Assembly: GCF_006345805.1 (NCBI RefSeq)
Contig: NW_021833738.1
Location: 1 to 55,827, forward strand
DNA length: 55,827 nt
Source: Octopus sinensis
Taxonomy: Eukaryota
Direction: 5' to 3'
This document shows positions 39,474 to 51,520 of this stretch, piece after piece. Below the pieces are notes generated by a model. It had not been told where the DNA came from and searched no databases. It saw only the letters and a list, made by a program, of their open reading frames with translations. The stretch's first letter is position 1. Every line of letters begins with the position of its first letter. A program made the translations under genes and the position numbers.

Positions 39474-39568
39474 ATATTTGCCACTCAAATGTGGCAAACC
39501 CTTAAGTGTGGATACAAGCTACAGTAGCATCCACACTTATGGTTTTGCCACATTTGAGTGGTAAATAT
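39474..39568. other. Near-perfect 40-bp hairpin with 15-nt loop
   Basis: Arms 39474-39513 and 39529-39568 are complementary at 37/40 positions. Confidence 0.9.
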
Positions 39569-39577
39569 AATTCGCGA

Positions 39578-39630
<53 letters not shown>

Positions 39631-39809
39631 CACACACGTATAAATCTGCTAGTTATTCTATTAGTCACTCTTAATCGTAGAGTTAAGTTTTCGGGGCGGT
39701 AAAAATCCAATACATGCTATCAAGCACTGGATGCTGGAGACAGACAAAAAACAAAAGTAAAGCAAGATCCATACATAAATATATACATTTGAATATATAA
39801 ACATACATA

Positions 39810-39920
39810 TAAATATACGATGGGCTTCTTTATAGTTTCCTTCCAATTCCACTCACAAGATTGTGATCGTTCCGAGAATCTAGTAGGAGACATTTGCGCA
39901 AGGCAACATGTGGCTGCGAA
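39810..39920 (-). mobile_element. SINE family A head fragment, diverged
   Basis: gatgggcttctttatagtttcc..ccactcacaagattg..ctagtaggagacatttgcgcaaggcaac. Confidence 0.65.
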
Positions 39921-40219
39921 GCAAGTTTTTCACTGCACTGCAAAGCCTGTGCTAATATCATTACATTCGCTGATATATACTTGTATTATGTTAATCATTA
40001 AGTCGTATCCACTTCGGTAACATTTAATCTACAGACGCCTTTTTTTGTATTACGCATCAGGTATTGTTTTGGTTATTGCTACTTATGCTGCTATTGTTGT
40101 TATTGTTAATGATGATGATGATGATGATGATGATTATCACGGGGAGGAGGTAGCTGATTAGGATTATGATATATTATTTGAAGCTAGTTTTTTTCGTTAT
40201 AGGGGATAAAAACAATATA

Positions 40220-40784
40220 TTGGTTTGTCCGAAAGTTCGTGCCGATTTATAATAGCTTACCAATCAACTAATTTTATAACATGGTTGAGTCCATAAAATA
40301 GGATTTGACTACACCTCCATTTATAGCACAGTTTAAGCTATCTTTTCGTGGAAAAAGGTTTATGTCCCTATAACCTGTGTTAATTCTTTAACCCTTTAAA
40401 ACGGAAGATAAGAAAGTTCGTTTTCGGCACTTGATGCTTTGGGAACCAGACAAAAATTGCTGCAGCTCGGCTGGGATGTGTTACCTCATCCTCCATATTC
40501 ACCAGATATTGCTCCTTCGGATTTCCGCTTATTCAGGTCTCTGCAGAATAGTGTTAATGGTAAAAAATTCAATTCCTTGGATGATGTAAAAAGATGCCTT
40601 AATGAATTTTTTGCCATAAAACTACCTCAGTTCTGGGAAGAGGGTAATTTCAAGTTAAAGGAAAGATAGAGACGCTTTCTGCAACAAAATTGTTCATATT
40701 TGGTTGATTAAGAATGCAACGGCAAGTATTTAATGACCATTTTCTTTTCTTTAAAAATCGGCACGAACTTTCCGGAGAACCCAA
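40220..40784 (+). mobile_element. Internally deleted mariner (mellifera-subfamily-like), 565 bp, both TIRs and TA TSDs
   Basis: TIRs TTGGTTTGTCCGAAAGTTCGTGCCGATTT / AAATCGGCACGAACTTTCCGGAGAACCCAA, both TA-flanked. The N-terminal (M)EDKKVRFRHLML is fused near 40440 to C-terminal TRQKLLQLGWDVLPHPPYSPDIAPSDFRLFRSLQNSVNGK. Confidence 0.92.
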
Positions 40785-41109
40785 TATTCTCTAACATTTC
40801 GTATTTCATTTTCGACTTATTTTACATGCTTGATGCTCAATATTATTTCGGTTGTGTCTTGTTTTATTTTATAGCGTTTGATGTAAATTGCGTATTTCTA
40901 CAGTAATCTTATTTCTACAAGACCAACGTTACAGTTGTGCTCATGGGTCTCAATGCCCCTTGAATTAGTTGCTGAATGTAACTCCTGCAGTGAGTCAGAG
41001 AGGATACGCTTAGAGTGATCGGCGTAACATGGGTCCATAGGAAGCAACCAATTGAACTAAATGATATATTTTGCATATTGTGTGTTTACGTTTTCTAATC
41101 GAACGTTCT

Positions 41110-41900
41110 TCTAATTGCTTCTGCAGTTGCTTTTGTTTTTGTTGTTGTCATTATTGTTGTTATTGTTGTTCCCCTTCTTCCTCATTTTTCTTCTTCCTCG
41201 TTTCCTACTACTTCCTTTCCTCCTCCTTCTACTTCTTCTTCTTCTGCTGCTGCTGCTGCTTCTTCCTTCTCTTTCCTTTCCTTCTTTTCTGTCCTCTTCT
41301 TCTTTTTCTTCTTCTTCCAATCTTGCTCTTCTTCTTTTCTTCTTTTTCTTCTTCTCCCTCTTTTCCTCTTTTCTTCTTCTTCTTCGTCTTCCTCATGCTC
41401 TTTTTCTTCTTCTCTCCCTTCTTCTTCCACTTCTTCTTTCTTCTTCTTCTTTTCTTCTTCTCTTCTTCTTCTTTCTTCTTCTTCTTTCTTCTTCTTCTTC
41501 TCGCTCTCTTCTTCTTTTCTTCTTCTTCTTCCGTCTTCTTCTTTTTCTCTTTTCTCTTCTTCTTTTTCTTCTTCTCTTTCTGTCTTCTTCACTTCTTCTC
41601 TCTTTTCTTCTTCTTCTTCCTTCTTCTTCCTTCTTCTTTTCTTCTTTTTCTTCTTCTTTCTTCTTCTTCTTCTTCCTTTTCTTTTTTCTTCTTATCTTCT
41701 TCTTCTTCTTCTTCCTCTCTTCCATTCTTCTTCTTCTTCTTCTTCTTTCAACTTCTCTTCTTTCTCTTCTTCCACTTTTTCTTCCAGTTCTTCTAATTCT
41801 TCTCATCATGATCACGACGACGACGACCACCACCATTATCATCATCACCCTCATCATCGTCATTGTCCTTATCGTCGTCGTCGTCATCATCGTCATCATC
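41110..41900. repeat. Long degenerate (CTT)n polypyrimidine tract followed by (ATC/GTC)n
   Basis: Direct reading. The ORFs over it are homopolymer-like. Confidence 0.95.
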
Positions 41901-42169
41901 ATTACCATTGTCAATATTATTAATGGCCATCTTTTTCTCCTTCTCTCCGTGTCGAACTCAAATACGCAGGCGCATACACCAAAACAATACAATAACATTG
42001 ACTGTACAACATTGCATCCGTTTCTGATTTTTTTTCTTCGTATAACAAGTCTTACTCTTTATCGATGCACTTTCTGAGCATCTTTATACGGATCCAGCTG
42101 TTCTCTTTATTCAAACATCTCAGGAGAATGCTTCTTAACCTCGGTTTCATCATAAAGTCTCTCCAGCTA

Positions 42170-42189
42170 TATATATATATATATATAAT

Positions 42190-42227
<38 letters not shown>

Positions 42228-42449
42228 GATATATATATACATACATATATATATACATATACATATATATATATGTATATGTTATATATATACATATATA
42301 TATATACATATATATATACCTATACATATATATGTATATACAATATATATAATATACATATACATATATATATATATGTATATGTATATATATACATATA
42401 TATATATACATATATATATATCATATACATATATATGTATATACATATA

Positions 42450-42480
<31 letters not shown>
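42170..42480. repeat. (TA)n/(TACA)n microsatellite
   Basis: Direct reading. Confidence 0.95.
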
Positions 42481-42482
<2 letters not shown>

Positions 42483-42698
42483 CAAACGCAAACGCGCACA
42501 CTTGCACACACACATACCTAAATATATATATATACAGACACATACAAACATAAACACACACATATACACAAGCGTATACATTTATGTATAGATATATACA
42601 CACAAATAAAGACACACACACGCAGACACATAAGCATATATATGCAGTTGAAATTTATAGTAAAACAAAAGAGGAAGGCAGGTGTATGAATAACAAAC

Positions 42699-42721
42699 CT
42701 TTTACGTTTCGAGGTTACGCT
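42699..42721 (-). CDS. Candidate 23-nt micro-exon (SVTSKRK)
   Basis: Very strong acceptor ttttctcttattcatttctgttgcag| and donor AAG|GTTTGT. Phase 0 to 2 is compatible with 38753-38801. Confidence 0.3.
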
Positions 42722-42838
42722 CTGCAACAGAAATGAATAAGAGAAAATTGACAGAGAGTGAATGAAAAAAAAAACTTGTAGATTTCAGTTGTCCAGCATG
42801 GCGAATGATTGGAAAAGATGAGGTTGAAGGAAAGGGAG

Positions 42839-42920
<82 letters not shown>

Positions 42921-43106
42921 GAGAATTAAAAGTTGAATGAATAGGACATGATAAAGTGCAAGTGATCCCAAGAGCAGGTGGGCGTGCGTGTGTATGTGAG
43001 AATCTCTGCGCATGTGAGATATTCATCCTACATACATAAATGCATTCATACACCTTTACATAATTTCACATTTTATTACATATAATGTTTGCCACAGTTA
43101 CTGGTC

Positions 43107-43267
43107 GTGTCTTCTTCTTTTTCTTCTTCTTCTTCTTCTTCTTCTTCTTCTTCTTCTTCTTCTTCTTCTTCTTCTTCTTCTACTTGTTCTTTTTCTTCTT
43201 CTCATTATTGTCGTCATCATTATCACCATCACGTTTATCATCATCATCATCATCATCGTGGTCGTCG

Positions 43268-43344
<77 letters not shown>

Positions 43345-43345
43345 G
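43107..43345. repeat. Compound trinucleotide array (CTT)n-(ATC)n-(ATT)n-(AAT)n
   Basis: Direct reading. The (ATT)n and (AAT)n blocks are adjacent and mutually complementary. Confidence 0.95.
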
Positions 43346-43527
43346 ATAATAATAATAATAATCACAAACACGCACACACACAGGCACAAACATACGCAAA
43401 TACACACACGCACACACACATACACATACACATATATGTATATACATAACCCCAAAATGTATTTATACTCACATTCATGTATGTATGAATAAACATATAC
43501 ATATACATATACATATATATATAATAT

Positions 43528-43560
<33 letters not shown>

Positions 43561-43561
43561 C

Positions 43562-44453
43562 AGAGAGTAACCACTATGTGGTCGACTCTAGCACTAAAAA
43601 TAGATCCTCTCGTTTTCAGCCACAGAGAATTGTTTCTGATGAAAGTTAGCACGACTACTAGTGCAAACGAACAGGGCAAATAAAAATAACAAAAATGCAG
43701 ATTAGTTCAGGACAAATGTTTCGCTATTAATAAATTATGTAATTTTACTCACATAACATATCTGTAGCTCTTCAGCCGAACCCGTCCAGAATACAATTTA
43801 CTCAACCGCACACTAGATTTTACCATAACGATAAACACAAGTGTGGTTCAGTCGATTGCATTCGCTGTTATAATTCAAGTGCCCCTGCCACAGCCCGCCA
43901 AAATTCACGGAAACAGATACTACATCCAAAATTAAATGCAGTATAATTACAATCAACTAAGGGTGTGAAAATTGGATACTAATTTAATAGTACATCCATT
44001 TAACACCAAGTGGCTTAGTGCATAAAAACCTGGATTACGATAAATTTTATACATAAATATAAGAGAGTAACAACTATGTGGTCGACTCTAGCACTAAAAA
44101 TAGATCCGCTAGGTTTCAGCCACAGAGAATTGTTTCCGATGAAAGTTATGTGAGGAAAATTACATAATTTATTAATAGCGAAACAATTGTCCTGAACTAA
44201 TCTGCATTTTTGTTATTTTTATTTGCCGTGTTCGTTTGCGCTAGTAGTCGTGCTAACTTTCATCGGAAACAATTCTCTGTGGCTGAAACCTAGCGGATCT
44301 ATTTTTAGTGCTAGACTCGACCACATAGTGGTTACTCTCTTAAATTTATGTATAAAATTTATCGTAATCCAGGTTTTTATGCACTAAGCCACTTGGTGTT
44401 AAATGGATGTACTATTGAATTAGTATCCAATTTCTCACCCTTATTAGTTGATT
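43562..44453. mobile_element. Fold-back element: about 200-bp arms (43951-44148 / 44254-44453), 105-bp loop, plus partial third copy at 43562-43757
   Basis: The arms are near-identical reverse complements (AATCAACTAA..GGGTG.GAAA...AGAGAGTAAC.ACTATGTGGTCGA.TCTAGCAC...GAAAGTTA). 43562-43757 is the reverse complement of about 44146-44340. Confidence 0.9.
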
Positions 44454-46215
44454 ATATATATATATATATATAATATATATATTATTATATATATATATAT
44501 ATATAATATATGTGTGTGTGTGTGTTAAGGATTATATTAATAAACTGTTTACAGATTTAACGCAGAAACATTACACACACGCACACACACATTTATGTAT
44601 GTATATATATATACATACATAAATGTGTGTGTGTGCGTGTTGTGTAATGTTTCTGACGCACACACAGACATTTATGTATGCATATATATATATATATATA
44701 TGTGTATAATATAATCCTTAACATAGCAAATAGAGAGACTTTCAGCACATTCTTCCGACTTTCGAGTCTCTGAAATCTCGTCTTGCCGGGGCTAGTTATA
44801 TCTCCCAGGTTTGTATTAGACACCAGTGTTTGAGCAATGCTGATCACTTTTCTTAAAGCACATCCACGTACGTGTACTAGAGATTTGTATTCAAATGAGT
44901 CAATCATTCTCTGTTATCTACATCTTAGAAGCAACATATGATCTCTGCTATGGTCATACGGCATGCTAAATTTTGCGCTAAATCTAAATCGCATTAACTT
45001 AAAAGAAATTAAGCATATATTTGTACAACAAACAGTTTATGAATCATATAAAAAGAAACGCATTATTAGGGATTCAATACATTTAATAATACAACTGGTT
45101 GATCAGGTTTGTATTCGGCCAAGTCATCACAAGCATAAATACAAGAGGTTTTATGAGTAGCGAGTGAAGAGTGAATAACAAATGGACTTTAACTGAAAGC
45201 GTAAGGTGCTTAAACTATTTTCAGCGGTGCTGTAGATGAAATCAACATATTTATTGCTCGTATAATACCGTATTCCATAAAGTGTTAGGAAATTGATTAC
45301 ATTAAATTGCATGTATTCCCGTTGCACACACGTCATTATACTTATTATCAGAGATCGACAACAACATAATTATTGGAAATTGGTTTAGAGAAACATTGCA
45401 TACAATATTTACATTTAAAGACACATTTCGTCATAAATTCCGTTCAAAGGTATAAATATGAATTACATATCCAAATCCCAAACAGCTGATTGATTCTCTT
45501 TCGTATCAAATTATATCATTTTCTCGTTTATTGAACCTACATAATGTGATATGAAAACGATGGGTCTATTGCGAGATCCATCCCTTAGTGGAACACAGCA
45601 ATTGTTAAACAAATAAATGTTTATTGTTAATAAAGTTTTGATAATGTGAAATATAAGACTATGAAACGCTGATCCATTATGATCCAATCAATTCGGAAAA
45701 CAGAAAATATTGAATATCCGTGCTGCTACTGTCATGAGATACACAAGACGATTGGCTGAACTTGGTCAGCCGTTGTCAACGTAGGCGGATTTTTAGTATC
45801 GGATTACAGCTTTTCGTTTAATGAAATTTTGCTAATAAGATTTACTAAGACATCAAGAAAATGTTTGCAATTATCTTAAGTAAAGCTACTAATAAAGTAT
45901 GAACCATATACATTAAAAATTTATGGCATCGTTTAAATAAGTAAATAAAATATACAATCACTAACAAATTCAATAATGTAATTGTTGTAGCCGCTATACA
46001 TAAATTGAATTAACTAATGTATTTGTAAATGTCAAGTATGAGACAACGTTCAGTATCAATGTAGTGGAGACAATTGATAGGTCTTATATATTTATGTTTA
46101 GTGTGTAATAATATTTTAGTGAAAAGTACGCTCGAACGATTATAATCTACGACACTAATCTACACTTCATATTCAAACTTAGACAAGTAGTGTAGCCAGG
46201 GTATTACACTCCCAC

Positions 46216-46259
<44 letters not shown>

Positions 46260-46269
46260 ATATATATAT

Positions 46270-46316
<47 letters not shown>

Positions 46317-46439
46317 ATATATATACATATATACATCATATATATGTTATATATAATATATATATATAATATGCACACACAAAAGGCGCAAAGTACTGGA
46401 GATTCATATATATATACACATATACAGATAAATAGAGAA

Positions 46440-46485
46440 ATAGACAGGCAGACAGACAGTCAGACAGATGACAGATAGATAGATG

Positions 46486-46555
<70 letters not shown>
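46440..46555. repeat. (GACA)n/(GATA)n microsatellite
   Basis: Direct reading. Confidence 0.95.
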
Positions 46556-46706
46556 ATGTAAAACAATTATTTAATATCGAGCAAGTAACAGCGCGATGCT
46601 TAAGTAAAATGCCTTGTCATAATTTGAAAAATCAAAAAAAATATAGAAAAAGATCGGAAGATTTATATTATGCCGTGTAGTTTTGAAGAAAACAATAGTC
46701 CATTAC

Positions 46707-46927
46707 GGGTGACGCCTTGATTGATGCATAAGCACATTTGTGTCAGCCGGGCCTCTGCAAGTAATCGTTGCTCCTCCGATGAATAACAGCAAAAATCTTC
46801 CTTAGATAAACCCATACTGTTTAAACAAGAACGTGCTATTTGGATTCTATATGGGTTCATTATGCATGCCAGACACGATGGGCCTGTCATAGCGCTTGCA
46901 ATGTAACTACTCAGTGCTGACCGGTGG
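46707..46927 (-). CDS. Candidate Cys-rich exon (HRSALSSYIASAMTGPSCLACIMNPYRIQIARSCLN[SMGLSKEDFCCY...MCLCINQGVT])
   Basis: Acceptor ttatttagttgttgtttag|, one open frame in a complex unique island, and phase-1 donors at 46817 (ACA|GTATGG) or 46706 (CCC|GTAATG). Confidence 0.35.
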
Positions 46928-47678
46928 CTAAACAACAACTAAATAACACCTGTATATTTATAACGTGCACATTGAAGTGCACATTTTATTGAATGGAAAA
47001 TTCAAATAAATCTGTTAAAATAATATATCAATGGAAATTATTTTGGAACAGAGATATCCAAAGAAATTGATCTAGTTTAGAATTCCCAGATACACAATAC
47101 AGCACCGAAAATTATATTCAGCTGCGAGGTGAGTATTGAAGTTATAATATTGTACTCAGGAATATATTTCAGTGACGGCACACTCATTAAGCGAGCAGAA
47201 TCGAAGGTGATGCTCTAGCATTATAATGCTAATGGTTAAAACGCACTGAAGAAATAGGACAAGGAAAACAGTTGTAGCTTACTAACATAATTTTTGAACT
47301 TCGACACATTACTCTGAGAGTTGCAGAGGTACATGTAGATGCAAATGTAAGGGATAATGAAATTGGGATGAAACTGTGGAGAATACACTAGCAATGTAAT
47401 TGTTTTATAAGCGTTTGTGCATGTATGCATATGTGTATATGTAGGTTGGGTCCCAGCATCCAGATAGTCGGGCTGCTGCTAGGAAGACTTTGGTCAATGT
47501 GGAATGAATTTTAGATCCCTTGCACACCTTAGGATCCACATACGACGTTATCTGCCATGGGTTTAAGATGACGTGAATGGGTTTAAGATGATGTTTTCAT
47601 CGGTCACAAATGTATCTCTCTATCTATATGTCAGCCTGCATGTCCGTCTGGCTGGCTGTCTATATGTTTGTCTGTTTG

Positions 47679-47981
<303 letters not shown>

Positions 47982-49538
47982 ATTTGTGTGTGCTTGTGTG
48001 TGAGTGCATAAATCTGTATCTCTGTTGCGGTCTATGTCTCAAAACATATTCACATTTACCACATCTAGATTCGCGAAACTCAAGCTTACTATTTAATTCT
48101 TGTCTGCTCTCATCTCAATACTATTTTCTGCTATAAGAATCATCGTAATTCAACTTCATTTTTATTGCCATAATCATTACATATATTCATACGTGAATTC
48201 TCAAAATATGTTTTTTTGTTATTTATTTTATTACCATTGACAACTGCCAAGCAGACTGATCGTTTAAAATCTAAGCAAACCGGAAAACATATTCTAGACA
48301 TAAATAATAATCATGGCCGATGCACAAATTATATAATTATTGCAAACATGATGCCAACGTAATAGCTAGAAAATAATTTCTGACGTGGAATTTTATCGTA
48401 ATTATTGTAAGTTTTTAGAGTTTCCAATAACGACAATGAAATTTAAAATAGAAATTTAACTACCTCAAATATGTTCGTTTATAAAAATGTGTGATAAAAT
48501 TGTTTGAATATTCTCACTTATCATATTCCATATTTGCTTATTATATTAAATACAACACGATGACATTTACTTTATGATTTACAAAACACAAAAATATACA
48601 GGGCGGAATAAAAACTTATGCATACATTTTACATCATCGTTAATGGATTCGCTCTTGCTTCTATGATTATCATTTATTTGTGATTTGCAAGCACCCACAC
48701 ACACACATACGTCTGTATGTAAGTACACACACATGTATAATCTTTACAACATATTCACTTGTTTAACATATATATTCATTTATATTCATTATGTTTCACA
48801 CTCAGTAACAGCGCATCAATGATATTTAGTAAATCAGATATCTTTAGATATTTAAATTTAAATGTTAAAAACCTCATAGGAATCTACAAAAACTTCAACC
48901 ATATAAATTCCATGTATATTTATATATTTATAGGTTATGAAGTACAACATTATTTAATGTTTCTGTTATTTCGTATTCGGTTTTAAAATTTAAAATAATT
49001 ATTTCTGAATTTTGTCAGGCATTGTCTTCTTCTGCCAGGTTATTATGCATACCTACAGCTGGAATGCGACGTAGAAATAAATATTTGCCTTACTGACATC
49101 ACATTTGAATATATAACAAAACTTGAAGGCTGGCTATCAAGCCTTTTCTGTCATTTATTACATGTCAGCATTATATGAACTATAATCGTAAAAAAAAACA
49201 TTACTAAAATATTTATCTTTCAAAATATATAGTAGAGTAAATATAAAGATTTTAAAACGTGGGAGGCTTATTTGATTATGTAACTAATTTCAGCTCATAG
49301 TTTAATATAAAAATTTTGGGGGGATTTTTTAACTAAATTACAGGTATTTTATACATATCAGTTCAGTATCAAAACCCAAGAAAAGTAAAATATCAACAAT
49401 GATGTATATATGATTATAGAAATGTATGTATCTGTGCAGCATATTCACACTAACATACACATAAACACAAACATACACACACACACGTGTGCACGCGTGT
49501 GCGTGTACTTGTACATATGATTGTGGGAATGTATATTC

Positions 49539-49577
<39 letters not shown>

Positions 49578-49578
49578 T

Positions 49579-49624
<46 letters not shown>

Positions 49625-49689
49625 TATATATATATATATGTAGATGGCTAGAGATATTAGGGGTGAGATTTTTGAAGTGGAATGTTTTC

Positions 49690-49800
49690 CATGCTGGTAG
49701 CTCGGTCTGTTGACATGGTGCCCAGGAGCTGTCTCATAATACTTATATGGAAAGCCCGAAGATTTTCTACAAACATCTCACACTTAATCAGGTTTATTGT
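49690..49800 (-). mobile_element. Possible RTE-type LINE C-terminal fragment
   Basis: LRAFHISIMRQLLGTMSTDRATSME resembles the RTE RT C-terminal L..FH...LR.ILG....D.V.N.EV pattern. The match is short. Confidence 0.35.
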
Positions 49801-50199
49801 AATGTTGGTATTAATACATGTGCAGTTGTGGGATAGCCCCACCTCCATTTTATCATTTTATCTCCCGAGGACTTCTCAGTTCACTATCCCCACACCTTCG
49901 TGCTTTTTTGAGAAAGATAATGAAACCGAAGTCATTGCAGGCTCTTGGTGAATTATCACTGAATTTTCTACCCCACCTAGTGTGACGTCAGTCTCGCATC
50001 TTTCGCAATGAGTATTCGACTCATAACACACAGAGCATAATGTACTTTTCTTCTGCTTTCAAGCGATTCAGACTAAGTAATTTTTCGCCTGATATTCTGT
50101 TAAAATATACACACGTATATAATGTTCTGAGGGCAGAAAAAATGTGGAAGATGTTAAGGGTGTTTACACAGTCCAATCTGATTCTACAGTGTATGTTGA

Positions 50200-50362
50200 A
50201 TTATTCTGAACGGTAATCAAAATTTACATTATTTACATTTGACGATTATTTGTCCTCTTCTTGTTTGTTGATAACACAACGTTTCGGCTGATATACCCTC
50301 CAACTGATATACCTTCGGCTGATATATCCTCATCAGGTGTCTTGGGGACATTTCGAACCTGA
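50200..50362 (-). ncRNA. Hammerhead-bearing repeat (retrozyme / pLTR-like), copy 1
   Basis: Minus strand GACAC-CUGAUGA (50336-50330)...CAGCC-GAAAC (50285-50281)-GUU-GUGUU, with palindromic AACGUU. Stem II is disrupted by an internal duplication. Confidence 0.55.
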
Positions 50363-50389
50363 ATGATAATAATAATAATAATTATAATA

Positions 50390-50442
<53 letters not shown>

Positions 50443-50470
50443 AATAATAATAAAAATAATAATAATAATA

Positions 50471-51222
50471 ATTGATCCTATTGTCTCCAAGTGTTGTCTC
50501 CATTGATCATGTTGTCTCCAAGTGCAGTCTTCTAGCGCCTACAGAGTATCTCAACAGGCATGATAGAGCTGCACAATATATTCACTGGGTAATCTGCAAA
50601 AACCTGGATTTGCCCCATAAAAAAAAATGGTGGGAACACAAACCACCCCCAATGCTTGAAAATGACCACATCTCACTCCTCTGGAACTTTCCCATTCAAA
50701 CTGACAGGAAGATAGATGCAAATAGGCCAGACATCATATTGAAAGACTTCAAACAAAGAACATACCTCCTCATTGATATGACTGTCCCAATCGATATAAA
50801 CGTATCTGTCAAGACCTACCAAAAACTGAGCAAATATAAAGATCTTGAAATAGAAATCAGCAAAATGTGGAAGCTGAAGACTAAAACAATATCTGTTGTC
50901 ATAGGTGCCCTGGGAATGATAGCAAAAGTGGCTGATTGCTACCTAACTCAGATACAAGGAAACGCCAAAATGGCAGAAATTCAAAAGATAGTGCTCATGG
51001 GAACTGCTCATATCCTACGCAAAATACATTCTATGTAATCTCAAGGTTTAAATCAAACATTTTTTTTAGACATCCACTAGTACAACACAAAAAAAAACAA
51101 CCAAATATATGGCACACTAGGCATAACAACAACGTGAACTTCCAGCTTGTTGTCTCTTGAGGTCTCTGGGTGAGACTTGGAGCCAACTTGTCCAAATATA
51201 AAGCAAAAGTCAAACATAGAAT
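50471..51222 (+). mobile_element. R4/Dong-type non-LTR retrotransposon 3' fragment (end of CCHC knuckle + restriction-like endonuclease + 3' UTR) inserted in (AAT)n
   Basis: IDHVVSKC..EYLNRHD..YIHW..WWEHKP..LLWNFPIQTD..NRPDII..LIDMTVP..KLSKYKDLEIEI..VVIGALG..GTAHILRK contains the PD-(D/E)xK motif. It is flanked by (AAT)/(GAT) repeats on both sides. Confidence 0.9.
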
Positions 51223-51226
51223 AATA

Positions 51227-51270
<44 letters not shown>

Positions 51271-51364
51271 CACAACAACAACAAGAACAATAATGATGAT
51301 GATCATGATCATGATGATCATGATGATAATAATAACATCGAAAAATACCTTAGTAAATAGAGCC

Positions 51365-51520
51365 CACGTTCCAAATTTTCCCAAGACACCTGATGAAACC
51401 TGGAGGGTATATCAGCCGAAACATTGTGTTAATAACAAACAACATGAGGAATAATATCCGTCAAAGGTAAATAATGTAAATAATGTACATAATTGCTCAT
51501 CTCTTAAATATAGAACTGTA
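51365..51520 (+). ncRNA. Hammerhead-bearing repeat, copy 2 (inverted relative to copy 1)
   Basis: GACAC (51385-89), CUGAUGA (51390-96), CUG-gagggUAUAU-CAG, GAAAC (51418-22), AUU-GUGUU. The outer stem II pairs are mutated. Confidence 0.55.

Noticed and set aside
41071-42077. Long ORFs of 136-320 aa (poly-F/L/S or poly-E/K/R)
   Set aside because: They are explained entirely by the (CTT)n tract, with no splice or domain evidence.
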